A DNA stretch of 64,000 bases. Source: an uncultured bacterium (GTDB lineage Bacteria; Edwardsbacteria; AC1; EtOH8). Where the stretch lies: contig CALMGM010000012.1 of NCBI GenBank assembly GCA_937863685.1, positions 1,816 through 65,815 on the forward strand, in the 5' to 3' direction. Shown here piece by piece: positions 1-9,867 of this stretch. The stretch's first letter is position 1; every line of letters begins with the position of its first letter. Under the pieces are notes generated by a model. It did no database searches, was not told where the DNA came from, and was given only the letters and a program-made list of their open reading frames with translations. Made by a program: the position numbers and the translations under genes.

Positions 1-1451
1 TGGAACTGGGGTATTCGCCCGACAGCACCGCGGCCGAAGTAAAAATAATCAATGGCATCATACCTACCACCGGGAATCTGACAATCGCCGGCAACAGTTA
101 TCTAGGCCAGAGCTATCTGGCGGGCCTGCTTTCTGTCCGGTCGAACGGGTCAATTACGGAAGGCAAAATACAGCGCGATATTGCGGTGCTGTCGCTGGCT
201 TATGCCGATAACGGCTTCCCCCACGCCAAAATACTGGCCGGGGATTTCTCCATGTCCGCCAATCGGGTGAATTACAGCTATAAGATCGAGGAAGGTCCTC
301 GGGTGACCATAGACCAGATCAGATTCACCGGCAATGCCCAGACCAAAGATCATGCCATGCTGAGATTTTCCGGGCTGACCCCGGGAATGATATTCAACCG
401 AAAGAGGCTGGAAAAGGGGCGGGCCCGGCTCATCAAGAGCGGGCTTTTCCGTTCGGTGTCCCGGCCGGCGCTGACCGCCGGAACAGGGGAAGGGGCCGAG
501 AATCTTGTGATGACCGTCGAGGAAGGGCGTTATAACAATATCTTCGGAGCCATGGGTTACAACCGCGAACCGAACAGCCAGAAGGGCTGGCTGACAGGCA
601 GCGTAGATCTGGCCTTTGCCAATCTGGGCGGAACCGGGCGGCGGGCCAAGGTCAGCTGGCAGCGCCTGCACCAGGAGAACAGCAGGCTGGCGGCCGAATT
701 TTCCACTCCCTGGATGTTCTCCTTTAATCTGGGCCTTACCGCGGCGGTCAGCCACCGCATAGAGGATTCCACCTATACCCAGAGCTCGGGAAGGATAATG
801 GCGGAATTTCCGGCCGGGGAGCATTTTACCGCCGGGATGGGGGGCGAGGCGGTAAGGGTGGTATCGGGCTGGTCCCAGACGATAAAGAGAAACGTCAAAT
901 ACAACTCGCTGTGGTCATTGGAGGCCGATTACCAGGACAGCGAAAACAACCATAAGGGATTTTTGTCAAAGCTGGAGATAGAATACGGGCGCAAGAGATA
1001 TTATGATCCCCCGGTCCAGTTGACGGTGTCCCGGGCAAGGCTGGATGCCAGCCAGGTTCAGGGAATATCCAACAAACAGTCGATATCGCTGGCAGCCCAT
1101 TTAAGGGCGGTCATCACCAGCGAGCAGCCGGTGCCGCGTTCCGATCAATTCGCCATGGGCGGGGCCGCTTCGCTGCGGGGCTACTGGGAGGAGCAGTTCA
1201 TGGCCAACCAACTGGCCTGGGCCAATCTGGAATACCGGTATGCACCGGACCGCCGCCTGGAGCTGTTCCCGTTCTATGACCAGGGTTATTTTTACGATCC
1301 CGAAAGGGGACTGCGGGGTTACCGTTTTGGATACGGGGCCGGCTTGCGGACGGAGACCGGCCTGGGCTGGATAAGCCTGGTCTACGGACTGGGCCAGGGG
1401 GACCGGCCGGGAAAGGGAAAGGTCCATATCAGCCTGGACAGCGATTTCTAG
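1..1451 (+). CDS. BamA/TamA (Omp85) family outer-membrane protein, 5'-truncated by the window edge
   Basis: Frame is open from base 3 to the stop at 1451; POTRA-like segments (YADNGF, I.F.GN..T, L..SGLFRSV); Omp85 signature GGAASLRGY; C-terminal Phe. Confidence 0.85.
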   Translation, partial: ELGYSPDSTAAEVKIINGIIPTTGNLTIAGNSYLGQSYLAGLLSVRSNGSITEGKIQRDIAVLSLAYADNGFPHAKILAGDFSMSANRVNYSYKIEEGPRVTIDQIRFTGNAQTKDHAMLRFSGLTPGMIFNRKRLEKGRARLIKSGLFRSVSRPALTAGTGEGAENLVMTVEEGRYNNIFGAMGYNREPNSQKGWLTGSVDLAFANLGGTGRRAKVSWQRLHQENSRLAAEFSTPWMFSFNLGLTAAVSHRIEDSTYTQSSGRIMAEFPAGEHFTAGMGGEAVRVVSGWSQTIKRNVKYNSLWSLEADYQDSENNHKGFLSKLEIEYGRKRYYDPPVQLTVSRARLDASQVQGISNKQSISLAAHLRAVITSEQPVPRSDQFAMGGAASLRGYWEEQFMANQLAWANLEYRYAPDRRLELFPFYDQGYFYDPERGLRGYRFGYGAGLRTETGLGWISLVYGLGQGDRPGKGKVHISLDSDF

Positions 1452-1455
1452 GCGG

Positions 1456-1484
1456 TTGACAAACCCGGGCATTTTAAGTATAAT
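1456..1484 (+). promoter_or_regulatory. sigma70-type promoter for the fsa/tkt cluster
   Basis: Perfect TTGACA-N17-TATAAT; AGGAG RBS before the ATG at 1564. Confidence 0.8.
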
Positions 1485-1563
1485 GGAACCCGATGTCAGA
1501 TAAGAGTTTGCTTTCGTTCAATATCAGGAACGAAGGTTTTTTAATTAATACAGGAGCGATCAA

Positions 1564-2208
1564 ATGAAGCTGTTCATAGATACCGCCAACGTATCCGAGA
1601 TCAAAGAGGCCGCCAGCTGGGGGATCATCGACGGGGTGACCACCAATCCCAGCCTGATCGCCAAGGAGGGGCGTGATTTCGCCCAGGTGGTCAAGGAGAT
1701 CTGCGCCATTGTGGACGGGCCGGTTTCGGCCGAGGTTTTAAGCCCCGATGCCCCCGGCATGCTGAAGGAGGCCGAGCCGCTTATCAAGATACATCCCAAT
1801 GTGGCCGTCAAGATACCGATGACTTTGGAGGGACTCAAGGCGGTCAAAGAGTTGTCTCAAAAGGGCATTAAGACTCATGTCACTCTTATATTTTCTACCA
1901 ACCAGGCCCTGCTGGCGGCCAAGGCCGGGGCCACTTTTATCAGCCCGTTTGTAGGCCGGCTGGACGATGTTTCGGAATACGGCATGGGGCTGATCGAAGA
2001 GATCGTTCAGGTATACGGCAATTATGATTTTGCCACACAGGTCCTGGTAGCCAGCGTGCGAACTCCGCTGCATGTGCTGGACTGCGCCAAGGTAGGGGCT
2101 CATATTGCCACGGTTCCTTTTAATGTGCTGAAAATGCTGGCTCAGCACCCGCTGACCGATATCGGGATCAAAAAATTCAACGACGACTGGGCCAAAGCCA
2201 AGAAATAG
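1564..2208 (+). CDS. fsa: Fructose-6-phosphate aldolase / short transaldolase (TalC family)
   Basis: FIDTA, GVTTNPS, VKIP (Schiff-base Lys), SPFVGRLDD; 214 aa. Confidence 0.93.
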   Translation: MKLFIDTANVSEIKEAASWGIIDGVTTNPSLIAKEGRDFAQVVKEICAIVDGPVSAEVLSPDAPGMLKEAEPLIKIHPNVAVKIPMTLEGLKAVKELSQKGIKTHVTLIFSTNQALLAAKAGATFISPFVGRLDDVSEYGMGLIEEIVQVYGNYDFATQVLVASVRTPLHVLDCAKVGAHIATVPFNVLKMLAQHPLTDIGIKKFNDDWAKAKK

Positions 2209-2211
2209 ACG

Positions 2212-3033
2212 ATGACGACCGCTCAGTTAAAAACCCTTGCCCGACAGATACGCCGGGATATTATCGAGATGACTTATAAAGCGGGCTCCGGACATCCCGG
2301 CGGTTCGCTTTCATCGGCCGATATCATGGCGGTCCTGTATTTCGGTGTAATGAAACATGACCCCAAGAATCCCAAATGGGAAAAGCGGGACCGGTTCTTT
2401 CTTTCCAAGGGCCATGCTTGCCCGGTGCTGTATGCTGCCTTGGCCGAAGCGGGATACTTTCCCAAGAAACATCTGGCCACTTTTCGGCATCTAAATTCCA
2501 TTTTGCAGGGACATCCCCACCGTTTAAAGACTTCGGGAGTGGAGATGTCCAGCGGGTCGCTGGGGCAAGGACTGTCCATTGCCGCCGGCATGGCCTTGGG
2601 GCTCAAAATGGACGGTAATAGGTTAAAAGTCTTCTGCCTGATGGGCGACGGCGAACTGCAGGAGGGTCAGATCTGGGAGGCGGCCATGGCCGCCGGGCAT
2701 TTCAAACTGAATAATCTGGTCGGCATAGTTGATTACAACAACCTGCAGATAGACGGATCGGTGGAGAAGGTGATGGGCCTGGCCCCGCTGGCCGACAAGT
2801 GGCGGGCCTTTCGTTGGAACGTCATCGAGATAGATGGTCATGATGTTCTACAGATTAAGAAGGCCTTCATTAAGGCGGGGCAGTCAAAAACAAAGCCCAC
2901 TGTTATCATCGCCCGGACGGTCAAGGGCAAGGGAGTATCATTTATGGAGAACCAAGCCGGCTGGCACGGCCGGGCTCCGAATAAGGAAGAATATATGAAA
3001 GCAATCGCAGAGTTGAATCGTCGAACGGTTTAA
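2212..3033 (+). CDS. tkt: Transketolase, N-terminal (ThDP-binding) subunit
   Basis: SGHPGGSLS, LSKGHA, GSLGQGL, ThDP motif GDGELQEG...N. Confidence 0.93.
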   Translation: MTTAQLKTLARQIRRDIIEMTYKAGSGHPGGSLSSADIMAVLYFGVMKHDPKNPKWEKRDRFFLSKGHACPVLYAALAEAGYFPKKHLATFRHLNSILQGHPHRLKTSGVEMSSGSLGQGLSIAAGMALGLKMDGNRLKVFCLMGDGELQEGQIWEAAMAAGHFKLNNLVGIVDYNNLQIDGSVEKVMGLAPLADKWRAFRWNVIEIDGHDVLQIKKAFIKAGQSKTKPTVIIARTVKGKGVSFMENQAGWHGRAPNKEEYMKAIAELNRRTV

Positions 3034-3064
3034 ACCTGTTCAACCTATTGAACTTTTTACAACC
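3029..3064. repeat. Degenerate 9-bp tandem repeat overlapping the tkt-N stop codon
   Basis: tttaaacct gttcaacct attgaactt tttacaacc; a looser 9-bp periodic tract lies at about 3615-3650. Confidence 0.5.
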
Positions 3065-3076
3065 GTAGCAGGAAAA

Positions 3077-3586
3077 ATGGAAACCATAAAAGCTATAATG
3101 ACCCGGCGCAGCATCCGCAATTATACCACCAAGCAAGTTTCTAAGCCCCAGGTCAAGAAACTGCTGGAAGCGGCCATGAACGCGCCCTCGGCCTGCAATC
3201 AGCAGGCCTGGCAGTTCATCGTGGTGTCGGACCGCGACATTCTGAATGCCATCACCAAGATACATTCCTATGCCCAGATGCTGAAAACAGCGTCCTGCGC
3301 CATCGTAGTATGCGGAGATATCAAGGCCGAACAATGCAAGGATTACTGGGTGCAGGATTGTTCGGCGGCCACCCAGAACATCCTGCTGGCGGCCCATGCC
3401 CTGGGCCTGGGCGCGGTATGGCTGGGGGTCTATCCCAGGATGGAGAGGCTGAAGGATCTGCAGAAATTATTGGGCCTGCCCAAAAAAGTGATGCCTCTGT
3501 CTATAATTTCGATCGGTTATCCCAAAGACAAGGTCAAGTCGGTCAAACGCTATTCCGCCAAAAAAGTACATTATGAAAAATGGTGA
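3077..3586 (+). CDS. Nitroreductase family protein
   Basis: RRSIR, APSACNQQAW, LGLGAVWLG. Confidence 0.92.
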   Translation: METIKAIMTRRSIRNYTTKQVSKPQVKKLLEAAMNAPSACNQQAWQFIVVSDRDILNAITKIHSYAQMLKTASCAIVVCGDIKAEQCKDYWVQDCSAATQNILLAAHALGLGAVWLGVYPRMERLKDLQKLLGLPKKVMPLSIISIGYPKDKVKSVKRYSAKKVHYEKW

Positions 3587-3668
3587 TCTGTTTCTCAATG
3601 CCTTGGTAGATATTTAAAATTCTCCAATCTTTAAAACCTCTTAACCCCCTATAGGCTGACCTGCTTTT

Positions 3669-4802
3669 ATGCACTACCGCAAATTCGGAAAAGATAAGTT
3701 TCAGTCATCCATATTAGGCTTCGGCGCCATGCGCCTGCCGCTCAACAGCCAGGATACGGCAGATATCGATCTGCCCCAGGCCACCCGGATGATCCGCCTG
3801 GCGGTGGACAGCGGTATCAACTATATCGATACCGCCTACGGCTATCATAACGGAAAGAGCGAAACAGCGGTAGGCCAGGCCCTCAGGGACGGATACCGGG
3901 AGAAGGTCCGGCTGGCAACCAAACTTCCGTATTGGGCGGTCAACTCCCCCGAGGATATGGACCGGATATTTGCCGAGCAACTGACCAGGCTGGAGACCGG
4001 GAAGATAGACTATTATCTGCTGCATGCCCTCAGCAAAACCGCCTGGGATAAGCTCAAAGGCTTTAAGGTGCTGGAATGGGCTCAAAGCAAGCTGAATGCC
4101 GGACAGATCGGCTCCCTGGGATTTTCCTTTCACGACGGGCCGGAGGTTTTCAAGCAGATAATAGACGAACATGCTTGGGATTTCTGCCAGATCCAGTATA
4201 ATTATATGGACACCGAAAACCAGGCCGGCGCCCAGGGCTTGGAATATGCCGCCTCAAAGAACATCCCGGTAGTAGTGATGGAACCGTTGAGGGGAGGTTC
4301 TTTGGCGAACCCGCTGGAGAATATCAGAGAGATATTCACCAAGTCTGGCATAACACGCACTCCGGCCGAGTGGGCTCTGCTATGGGCCTGGAGCCAGCCG
4401 GGGATTTCTCTGGTGCTCAGCGGGATGAGCAACCTGGAGCAGGTCCGGGATAATCTTCGGATCGCTGAAAACTCCGGGTCATGGAAACTGTCCGAGAACG
4501 ATTTGAAGATCATAGCAGAGGTCAAAAAGGCCTATCTCGATTCCAAGGCCATCGACTGCACCCAGTGCGGATACTGTATGCCGTGCTCCTATGGGGTAAA
4601 TATTCCGGCCAATTTTGCCATGTATAACGAGGCCGAACGCTACAATAATTATAACGGACCGAAATGGCAGTATGCCAACCGCCTGAAGGAAGGGGAGAGG
4701 GCGGCTGCCTGTACGGGATGCCGAAGATGCCTGACCAAATGTCCCCAAAAACTGGAGATCCCTGATCAGCTGGAAAAGGTTCATCAAGCCTTAAAATCAT
4801 AA
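3669..4802 (+). CDS. Aldo/keto reductase with C-terminal 4Fe-4S dicluster
   Basis: LGFGAMRLP, DTAYGY, ATKLP; CTQCGYCMPC and CTGCRRCLTKCP. Confidence 0.9.
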   Translation: MHYRKFGKDKFQSSILGFGAMRLPLNSQDTADIDLPQATRMIRLAVDSGINYIDTAYGYHNGKSETAVGQALRDGYREKVRLATKLPYWAVNSPEDMDRIFAEQLTRLETGKIDYYLLHALSKTAWDKLKGFKVLEWAQSKLNAGQIGSLGFSFHDGPEVFKQIIDEHAWDFCQIQYNYMDTENQAGAQGLEYAASKNIPVVVMEPLRGGSLANPLENIREIFTKSGITRTPAEWALLWAWSQPGISLVLSGMSNLEQVRDNLRIAENSGSWKLSENDLKIIAEVKKAYLDSKAIDCTQCGYCMPCSYGVNIPANFAMYNEAERYNNYNGPKWQYANRLKEGERAAACTGCRRCLTKCPQKLEIPDQLEKVHQALKS

Positions 4803-4823
4803 TAAGATCAAATACCTAATAAG

Positions 4824-5414
4824 ATGATATACAAATTAATAGCACTGTTAATTAATGTCTTACTTCTCTCGGGGTGTTCTTCAAGTAAAACGCCAACCAA
4901 ACCATACTCCATGCGACTTGATGGCTCAAAATACGTTTGGGAGTCTGGGCCGGTGGCTGGTTTCATTATTGAAGGGTATGATGACCTGGGGCCACGGCCT
5001 AAAACTATAAATATTGTATTTCCCCAGAGGAAAAGTTCGTCTTTTCCTCTGCCCGGTCTCGAACTTGAATTGAACATTGACAGCATCACTATTGGGATAG
5101 AAATTGAGTTTGGCGACAGTCTGAATTCCGGGCATTCCAGCGTTTCCTTTCGACCGCCCTATCGATCCACGACAAAGGAGGGAATGATACTGGCCTATGA
5201 ATCCAGGGAGGCTGGGGGTTATGCCAGGATTGTCGTCCATGAAATGGATGCCAGGTACCGGGGAAGGGTCAGTGGAACCCTGACATATGCCAGGCTGCCG
5301 GGATATTATTACGATATCAATACCGGCAATGTCAAGGCAGCCCAGAAGCCTACCGTGATAGAGTTCTTTAACTGGCCTTTCACGGTTATACTGGACCAAC
5401 ACCCGCTGAGATAG
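4824..5414 (+). CDS. Hypothetical lipoprotein
   Basis: Hydrophobic N-terminus with lipobox LSGC; fills the gap between neighbouring genes. Confidence 0.65.
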   Translation: MIYKLIALLINVLLLSGCSSSKTPTKPYSMRLDGSKYVWESGPVAGFIIEGYDDLGPRPKTINIVFPQRKSSSFPLPGLELELNIDSITIGIEIEFGDSLNSGHSSVSFRPPYRSTTKEGMILAYESREAGGYARIVVHEMDARYRGRVSGTLTYARLPGYYYDINTGNVKAAQKPTVIEFFNWPFTVILDQHPLR

Positions 5415-5417
5415 ATT

Positions 5418-6398
5418 ATGAGCGATCTTCATTTGAAAAAGATACTGGAATTGGATTCCATGAAGCAGCAGCCCACGCGCTTTGGTTATGCCGATGCCTT
5501 GCTGGATCTGGGAGCCAAGGATAAAAGGGTGGTGGTGCTGGATGCCGACCTGTCCAAATCGACTTTGACCAATCGTTTTGCCGAGAAATATCCCAAAAGG
5601 TTTTTCGATATCGGCATCGCCGAGCAGAACATGCTGGGGATGGCCGGGGGCCTGTCTTTGACAGGGAAGATACCTTTTGTCACCACCTACGGGGTCTTTC
5701 TGGCCGGCCGGGCCTGGGACCAGATTAGAACCTCCATCTGCTATGCCGATCTTAACGTCAAGCTGGCCGGGGCTCACGGCGGGCTTTCGGTCGGTCCGGA
5801 CGGGGCCACCCATCAGGCATTGGAGGAGATCTCCATCATGCGGGTTCTGCCCAATATGAAGGTTATCGTTCCCTGCGACACCCACCAGGCCCGTCTGGCC
5901 ACTTTGGAAGCTGCAAAGATATCCGGACCGGTCTATATCCGCTTGGGGCGAGAACCGATACCGGTGATAACGACGAATAGGACTCCCTTCAGGTTCGGCG
6001 AAGCCCAGGTCATGCAGCAAGAAAAGGATGTGACCATCGTGGCCTGCGGGTTGATGGTCTATCTCTCCCTGCTGGCCGCCCAGAAGCTGGCCAAAGACGG
6101 CATCTCCTGCCAGGTGATCAATCTGCACACCATCAAGCCGATCGACCGGAAGGCCATTATTGCTTCTGCCAAGAAGACCGGAGCGGTGGTCACGGCCGAG
6201 GAGCACCAGCTGGCCGGGGGCATGGGCAGCGCGGTGGCCGAGGTGCTGGCGCAGGAATGCCCGGTTACGGTGGAGATGGTGGGAGTCAAGGATACTTTTG
6301 GCGAATCCGGCCAGCCCTGGGAGCTGATGAAGAAGTATCATTTGATGGACGGGGATATCATCAAGGCGGCGAAAAAGGCTGTTCAGAGGAAGAAATAA
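5418..6398 (+). CDS. tkt: Transketolase, C-terminal (pyrimidine-binding) subunit
   Basis: GIAEQNM, GPDGATHQ, TIKPID, EEH...GGMGSAV. Confidence 0.93.
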   Translation: MSDLHLKKILELDSMKQQPTRFGYADALLDLGAKDKRVVVLDADLSKSTLTNRFAEKYPKRFFDIGIAEQNMLGMAGGLSLTGKIPFVTTYGVFLAGRAWDQIRTSICYADLNVKLAGAHGGLSVGPDGATHQALEEISIMRVLPNMKVIVPCDTHQARLATLEAAKISGPVYIRLGREPIPVITTNRTPFRFGEAQVMQQEKDVTIVACGLMVYLSLLAAQKLAKDGISCQVINLHTIKPIDRKAIIASAKKTGAVVTAEEHQLAGGMGSAVAEVLAQECPVTVEMVGVKDTFGESGQPWELMKKYHLMDGDIIKAAKKAVQRKK

Positions 6399-6408
6399 TA
6401 CTTGGGTT

Positions 6409-6642
6409 GGATTGCTTCACCAGTCAGACTTCGGTGTGTTTTCGCAATGACGTCAAGACATCCCTCCTTCGTAAGCATCATATTAGGCAACCTCAGGACA
6501 AGTTCTTTCTCTCCCCTTGTTAAGGGAGATGTGGGCTAAACAAGAAGCGTTAAAAGTAAACTTTGCACCCTTTGCGTCTTTGCGGTTAACTTAAATCAAA
6601 AGTCTGGGCAAATCCGTTCCAATCTGTGTAATCTGTGTGAAA
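6409..6642. repeat. Mosaic cluster of REP-like elements
   Basis: GGATTGCTTC-N22-TTCGCAATGAC (6409-6451); CCTTC-N21-CTCAGGACAAG (6466-6502); TCTCCC..GGGAGA hairpin; CTTTGCACCCTTTGCGTCTTTGCGGTTAA; AATCCGTTCCAATCTGTGTAATCTGTG. Confidence 0.8.
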
Positions 6643-6674
6643 ATAAATCTTCAACATAAATATAGGCTGATCCA

Positions 6675-8912
6675 ATGTCAAAGAACCTGGTAGTCGTGGA
6701 ATCCCCGGCCAAGGCCAAGACCATCAAAAAATACCTGGGCAAGGATTTCGAAGTATTATCGTCCATGGGGCACGTCATTGACCTGCCGGCCAGCAAGCTG
6801 GGGGTGGACATCAAGGACGACTTCAAGCCCCAGTACGTGACCATCAAGGGCAAGACCAAGACCCTGTCGCAGATAAAGAAGAGCGCCAATGACGCCGAAA
6901 AGGTGTACCTGGCCTGCGACCCCGACCGCGAGGGGGAGGCCATCGCCTGGCACATCTCCGGGCAGGTCAAGGACGCCAAGAAGAAGGTCCACCGGGTGAT
7001 GTTCTACGAGATCACCAAGGACAGCATCACCAAGGGCATCGCCCATCCCGGCAAGATCGACATGAACCGGGTGGAGGCCCAGCAGGCCCGGCGCATTCTG
7101 GACCGGCTGGTGGGATACCAGGTCAGTCCGTTTTTGTGGACCACCGTGCGGCGCGGGCTTTCGGCCGGGCGGGTGCAGACCGTGGCTTTGCGCCTGATCT
7201 GCGAGCGCGAGGATGAGATCACCGCTTTCAAACCCCAGGAATACTGGTCGCTGGCCGCCCGGCTGGAGGGAAAATCAAAAGCGCCGTTCGAAGCTTCGCT
7301 TTTAAAGATAGACGGCAAGAAGGCGGCCATCAAGGACGGAAAAACTTCCGAGGCCATCGTCAAGGATCTGAATAAATCCCAGTTCTCCATCACCAACATC
7401 GACGAGAAGGACCGCAAGCGTTCCACTTATCCGCCTTTCATCACCAGCACCTTGCAGCAGGCGGCCGCCCGGGCCTACGGATACAGCGCCAAGAAGACCA
7501 TGATGCTGGCCCAGCAGTTGTACGAGGGCGTTGAGATCGGGGAGGAGGGAGCGGTGGGCTTGATCACCTACATGCGCACCGATGCCGTCCGCCTGGCTCC
7601 GGAGGCTGTGACTGCCGCCAGGGAACTCATTGCCAAAAAATACGGGCCGGAATACCTGCCGACCGAAGCCAATCACTACAAATCCCGCAAAGGGGCCCAG
7701 GAGGGCCACGAGGCCATCCGACCCACCATGGCCGGAAGGACCCCGGAGGCGGTGAAAAAATTCCTGAGCCCGGACCAGTTCAAACTGTACGGCCTGATCT
7801 GGAGTCGTTTCATCGCCTGCCAGATGACACCGGCGATCTATTCCACCAAGGCGGTGGATATCACCGCCGGCAAATACCTGTTCCGGGCCACCGGATCCAC
7901 CATGAAATTTCCAGGATTCCTGGCGGCCTACGGGGTGCAGGAGGACGACTCCGGGGAATACGCCGATTCCAAGATGCTGCCGGAGCTGGCCGCGGGAGAG
8001 GCTCTCAAACTGCTGGAATTATTGTCCAAACAGCATTTCACCGAGCCTCCGGCCCGCTATAACGAGGCCAGCCTGATCAAGACCCTGGAGGCCCAGGGCA
8101 TCGGGCGGCCCTCCACCTATGCCTCGATCATCAGCACCCTGCTGGACCGCAAATACGTGGACCGGGAGCAGAAACAGCTCAAGCCCACCGAGCTGGGGCA
8201 GGTGGTCAGCAAGATCCTGGTGGAAAAATTCCCCCACATCTTCCAGGTGCAGTTCACCGCCGACATGGAGAACGAGCTGGACAAGATCGAGCAGGGCAAG
8301 CTGGACCGCATCCAGGTGTTGAAGGATTTTTATGAACCATTCTCCCGCGACCTGAACTCGGCCGAATCCTCCAAGGAGGAGATCAAGCAATCTCTGGTGG
8401 AGCAGACCGATATAAAATGCCCCAACTGCCAGAGCCCAATGGTAATCAAATGGGGCCGCTTCGGCCGGTTCTATGCCTGTTCCAACTATCCGGAATGCAA
8501 GACCACCAAGCCCCTGGAGGAGGAAGAGGAACAGCAGAAGGCGGCGGAAGGCGTGGTATGCGACAAATGCGGCGGGCCGATGGTGCTCAAACGGGGCCGC
8601 TTCGGGAAGTTTCTGGCCTGTTCCAACTATCCCCAGTGCAAGTCCATCAAGCCCATCTCCACCGGGGTGCCGTGCCCCGAGCCAGGCTGCGACGGCCAGC
8701 TTACCGAGCGCAAGACCAAACGAGGGAAGGCCTTCTTCTCCTGCAGCAAATATCCCGACTGCAAATATGCGGTATGGAACAAGCCCTTGCCGCAGAAGTG
8801 CGAGAACTGCGGGTTCGGACATCTGGTGGAGAAATACACCAAGCAGCGGGGAGCATTTCCGGCCTGTCCCAAGTGCAAGTGGGAACCGGAGGCCACCGCG
8901 GAGAAAAAATAA
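6675..8912 (+). CDS. topA: DNA topoisomerase I
   Basis: VVESPAKA, DPDREGE, SAGRVQ, catalytic LITYMRTD, C-terminal C4 zinc ribbons. Confidence 0.97.
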   Translation: MSKNLVVVESPAKAKTIKKYLGKDFEVLSSMGHVIDLPASKLGVDIKDDFKPQYVTIKGKTKTLSQIKKSANDAEKVYLACDPDREGEAIAWHISGQVKDAKKKVHRVMFYEITKDSITKGIAHPGKIDMNRVEAQQARRILDRLVGYQVSPFLWTTVRRGLSAGRVQTVALRLICEREDEITAFKPQEYWSLAARLEGKSKAPFEASLLKIDGKKAAIKDGKTSEAIVKDLNKSQFSITNIDEKDRKRSTYPPFITSTLQQAAARAYGYSAKKTMMLAQQLYEGVEIGEEGAVGLITYMRTDAVRLAPEAVTAARELIAKKYGPEYLPTEANHYKSRKGAQEGHEAIRPTMAGRTPEAVKKFLSPDQFKLYGLIWSRFIACQMTPAIYSTKAVDITAGKYLFRATGSTMKFPGFLAAYGVQEDDSGEYADSKMLPELAAGEALKLLELLSKQHFTEPPARYNEASLIKTLEAQGIGRPSTYASIISTLLDRKYVDREQKQLKPTELGQVVSKILVEKFPHIFQVQFTADMENELDKIEQGKLDRIQVLKDFYEPFSRDLNSAESSKEEIKQSLVEQTDIKCPNCQSPMVIKWGRFGRFYACSNYPECKTTKPLEEEEEQQKAAEGVVCDKCGGPMVLKRGRFGKFLACSNYPQCKSIKPISTGVPCPEPGCDGQLTERKTKRGKAFFSCSKYPDCKYAVWNKPLPQKCENCGFGHLVEKYTKQRGAFPACPKCKWEPEATAEKK

Positions 8913-9185
8913 TTTAACCACAAAGGTTTTTCAAAAGAGCCATTCATTGCGAGAAGCCGTTGTTGCTTTTCTAATGAAGCAATCCATAAAAGGTCGTCTG
9001 TCATTCCCGAGTAATCGGGAATCCAGGTACTTTAACCACAAAGGGCACAAAAGACACAAAGTTTTTTGTCATTCCTGCGAAGCTTGTCCTCGTGAAGGCG
9101 GGGAGCAGGAATCCAGGTACCGTTAACCACAAAGGCACCAAGGCACAAAATTTAACCCTCCCCACAGTGGGGAGGACAGGGAGAA
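8913..9185. repeat. Mosaic cluster of REP-like elements with a tandemly repeated composite unit
   Basis: TTAACCACAAAGG three times; TGTCATTCC..GGAATCCAG at 8999-9026 and 9067-9116; TCATTGCGAG-N22-GAAGCAATCC at 8944-8985; CCTCCCCAC-A-GTGGGGAGG hairpin. Confidence 0.85.
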
Positions 9186-9189
9186 GTCC

Positions 9190-9222
9190 AGAAGGCGGCT
9201 TAACAGCCGCCTTCTTTATTTT
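9190..9222 (+). terminator. Intrinsic terminator after topA
   Basis: AGAAGGCGGCT-TAAC-AGCCGCCTTCT followed by a T-rich tract. Confidence 0.75.
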
Positions 9223-9359
9223 ATCCTTGACATATATCGGGTAAGAGGGTGTATAATGACTTTATTGTTTATGCTGGAAGATGGTTATGACTTATTTATA
9301 AAGCCATATGATTAGAAAGAAAGACTGGATAAGTTAACCTAAAATAAAGGTATCTAATT

Positions 9360-9866
9360 ATGAAAGAGGTAGTTGATTGGTTCCAATTGCATTCGGCAAT
9401 TATCCAAGCCTTTTCAAGTGTGATTATAGTTTTTGTTACCTGGCATTATGTTCGACTTACAAAATATCTAGCCTACAGTCAAGATGAACCGTATGTTTTG
9501 GCAAAATTGACATATAATATGAAGAAAATGCCAGCTATCTTATCTATTGGAATTAATAATCTTGGGGTGCGTCCAGCGTTAGCAGTTTTTGTGGAAATAA
9601 TATATCCTGACAAACGAAAACAATATTTTAAAGTAGAATATGTTATACCGGAAAAAGCTAATAAAACCAGCCGTATTAAGATTAATTGTACAGATGATAA
9701 CATCCCGCAACTTATAAATTTATTTTATTCATACGGTATTTATGTTGTGAAGATGGCGTATGATTTTAGAACAAATACACATAAATTATCGCGTCTTAAT
9801 TTGCTGAATAAAAAATGGTTTATCAATAAATCAAACAAATTATATTTTGAAAACCAAATTAATTAA
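9360..9866 (+). CDS. AT-rich hypothetical protein with N-terminal transmembrane helix
   Basis: 168-aa ORF, TM segment AIIQAFSSVIIVFVTWHYV, AAAGG RBS, much lower GC than its neighbours. Confidence 0.6.
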   Translation: MKEVVDWFQLHSAIIQAFSSVIIVFVTWHYVRLTKYLAYSQDEPYVLAKLTYNMKKMPAILSIGINNLGVRPALAVFVEIIYPDKRKQYFKVEYVIPEKANKTSRIKINCTDDNIPQLINLFYSYGIYVVKMAYDFRTNTHKLSRLNLLNKKWFINKSNKLYFENQIN

Positions 9867-9867
9867 A

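Noticed and set aside
4926..6341. Long antisense ORFs (also 39962-41287, 41853-42893, 52829-53878 and similar)
   Set aside because: Shadow frames of GC-rich genes; no motifs, and the opposite strand encodes recognisable proteins.
8913..9150. CRISPR array
   Set aside because: Only 2-3 imperfect units with irregular spacing; the intervening sequences are themselves repeat-family hairpins; no cas genes in the window.
9360..9866. Integron gene cassette
   Set aside because: No attC-like inverted core sites recognised and no integrase in the window.
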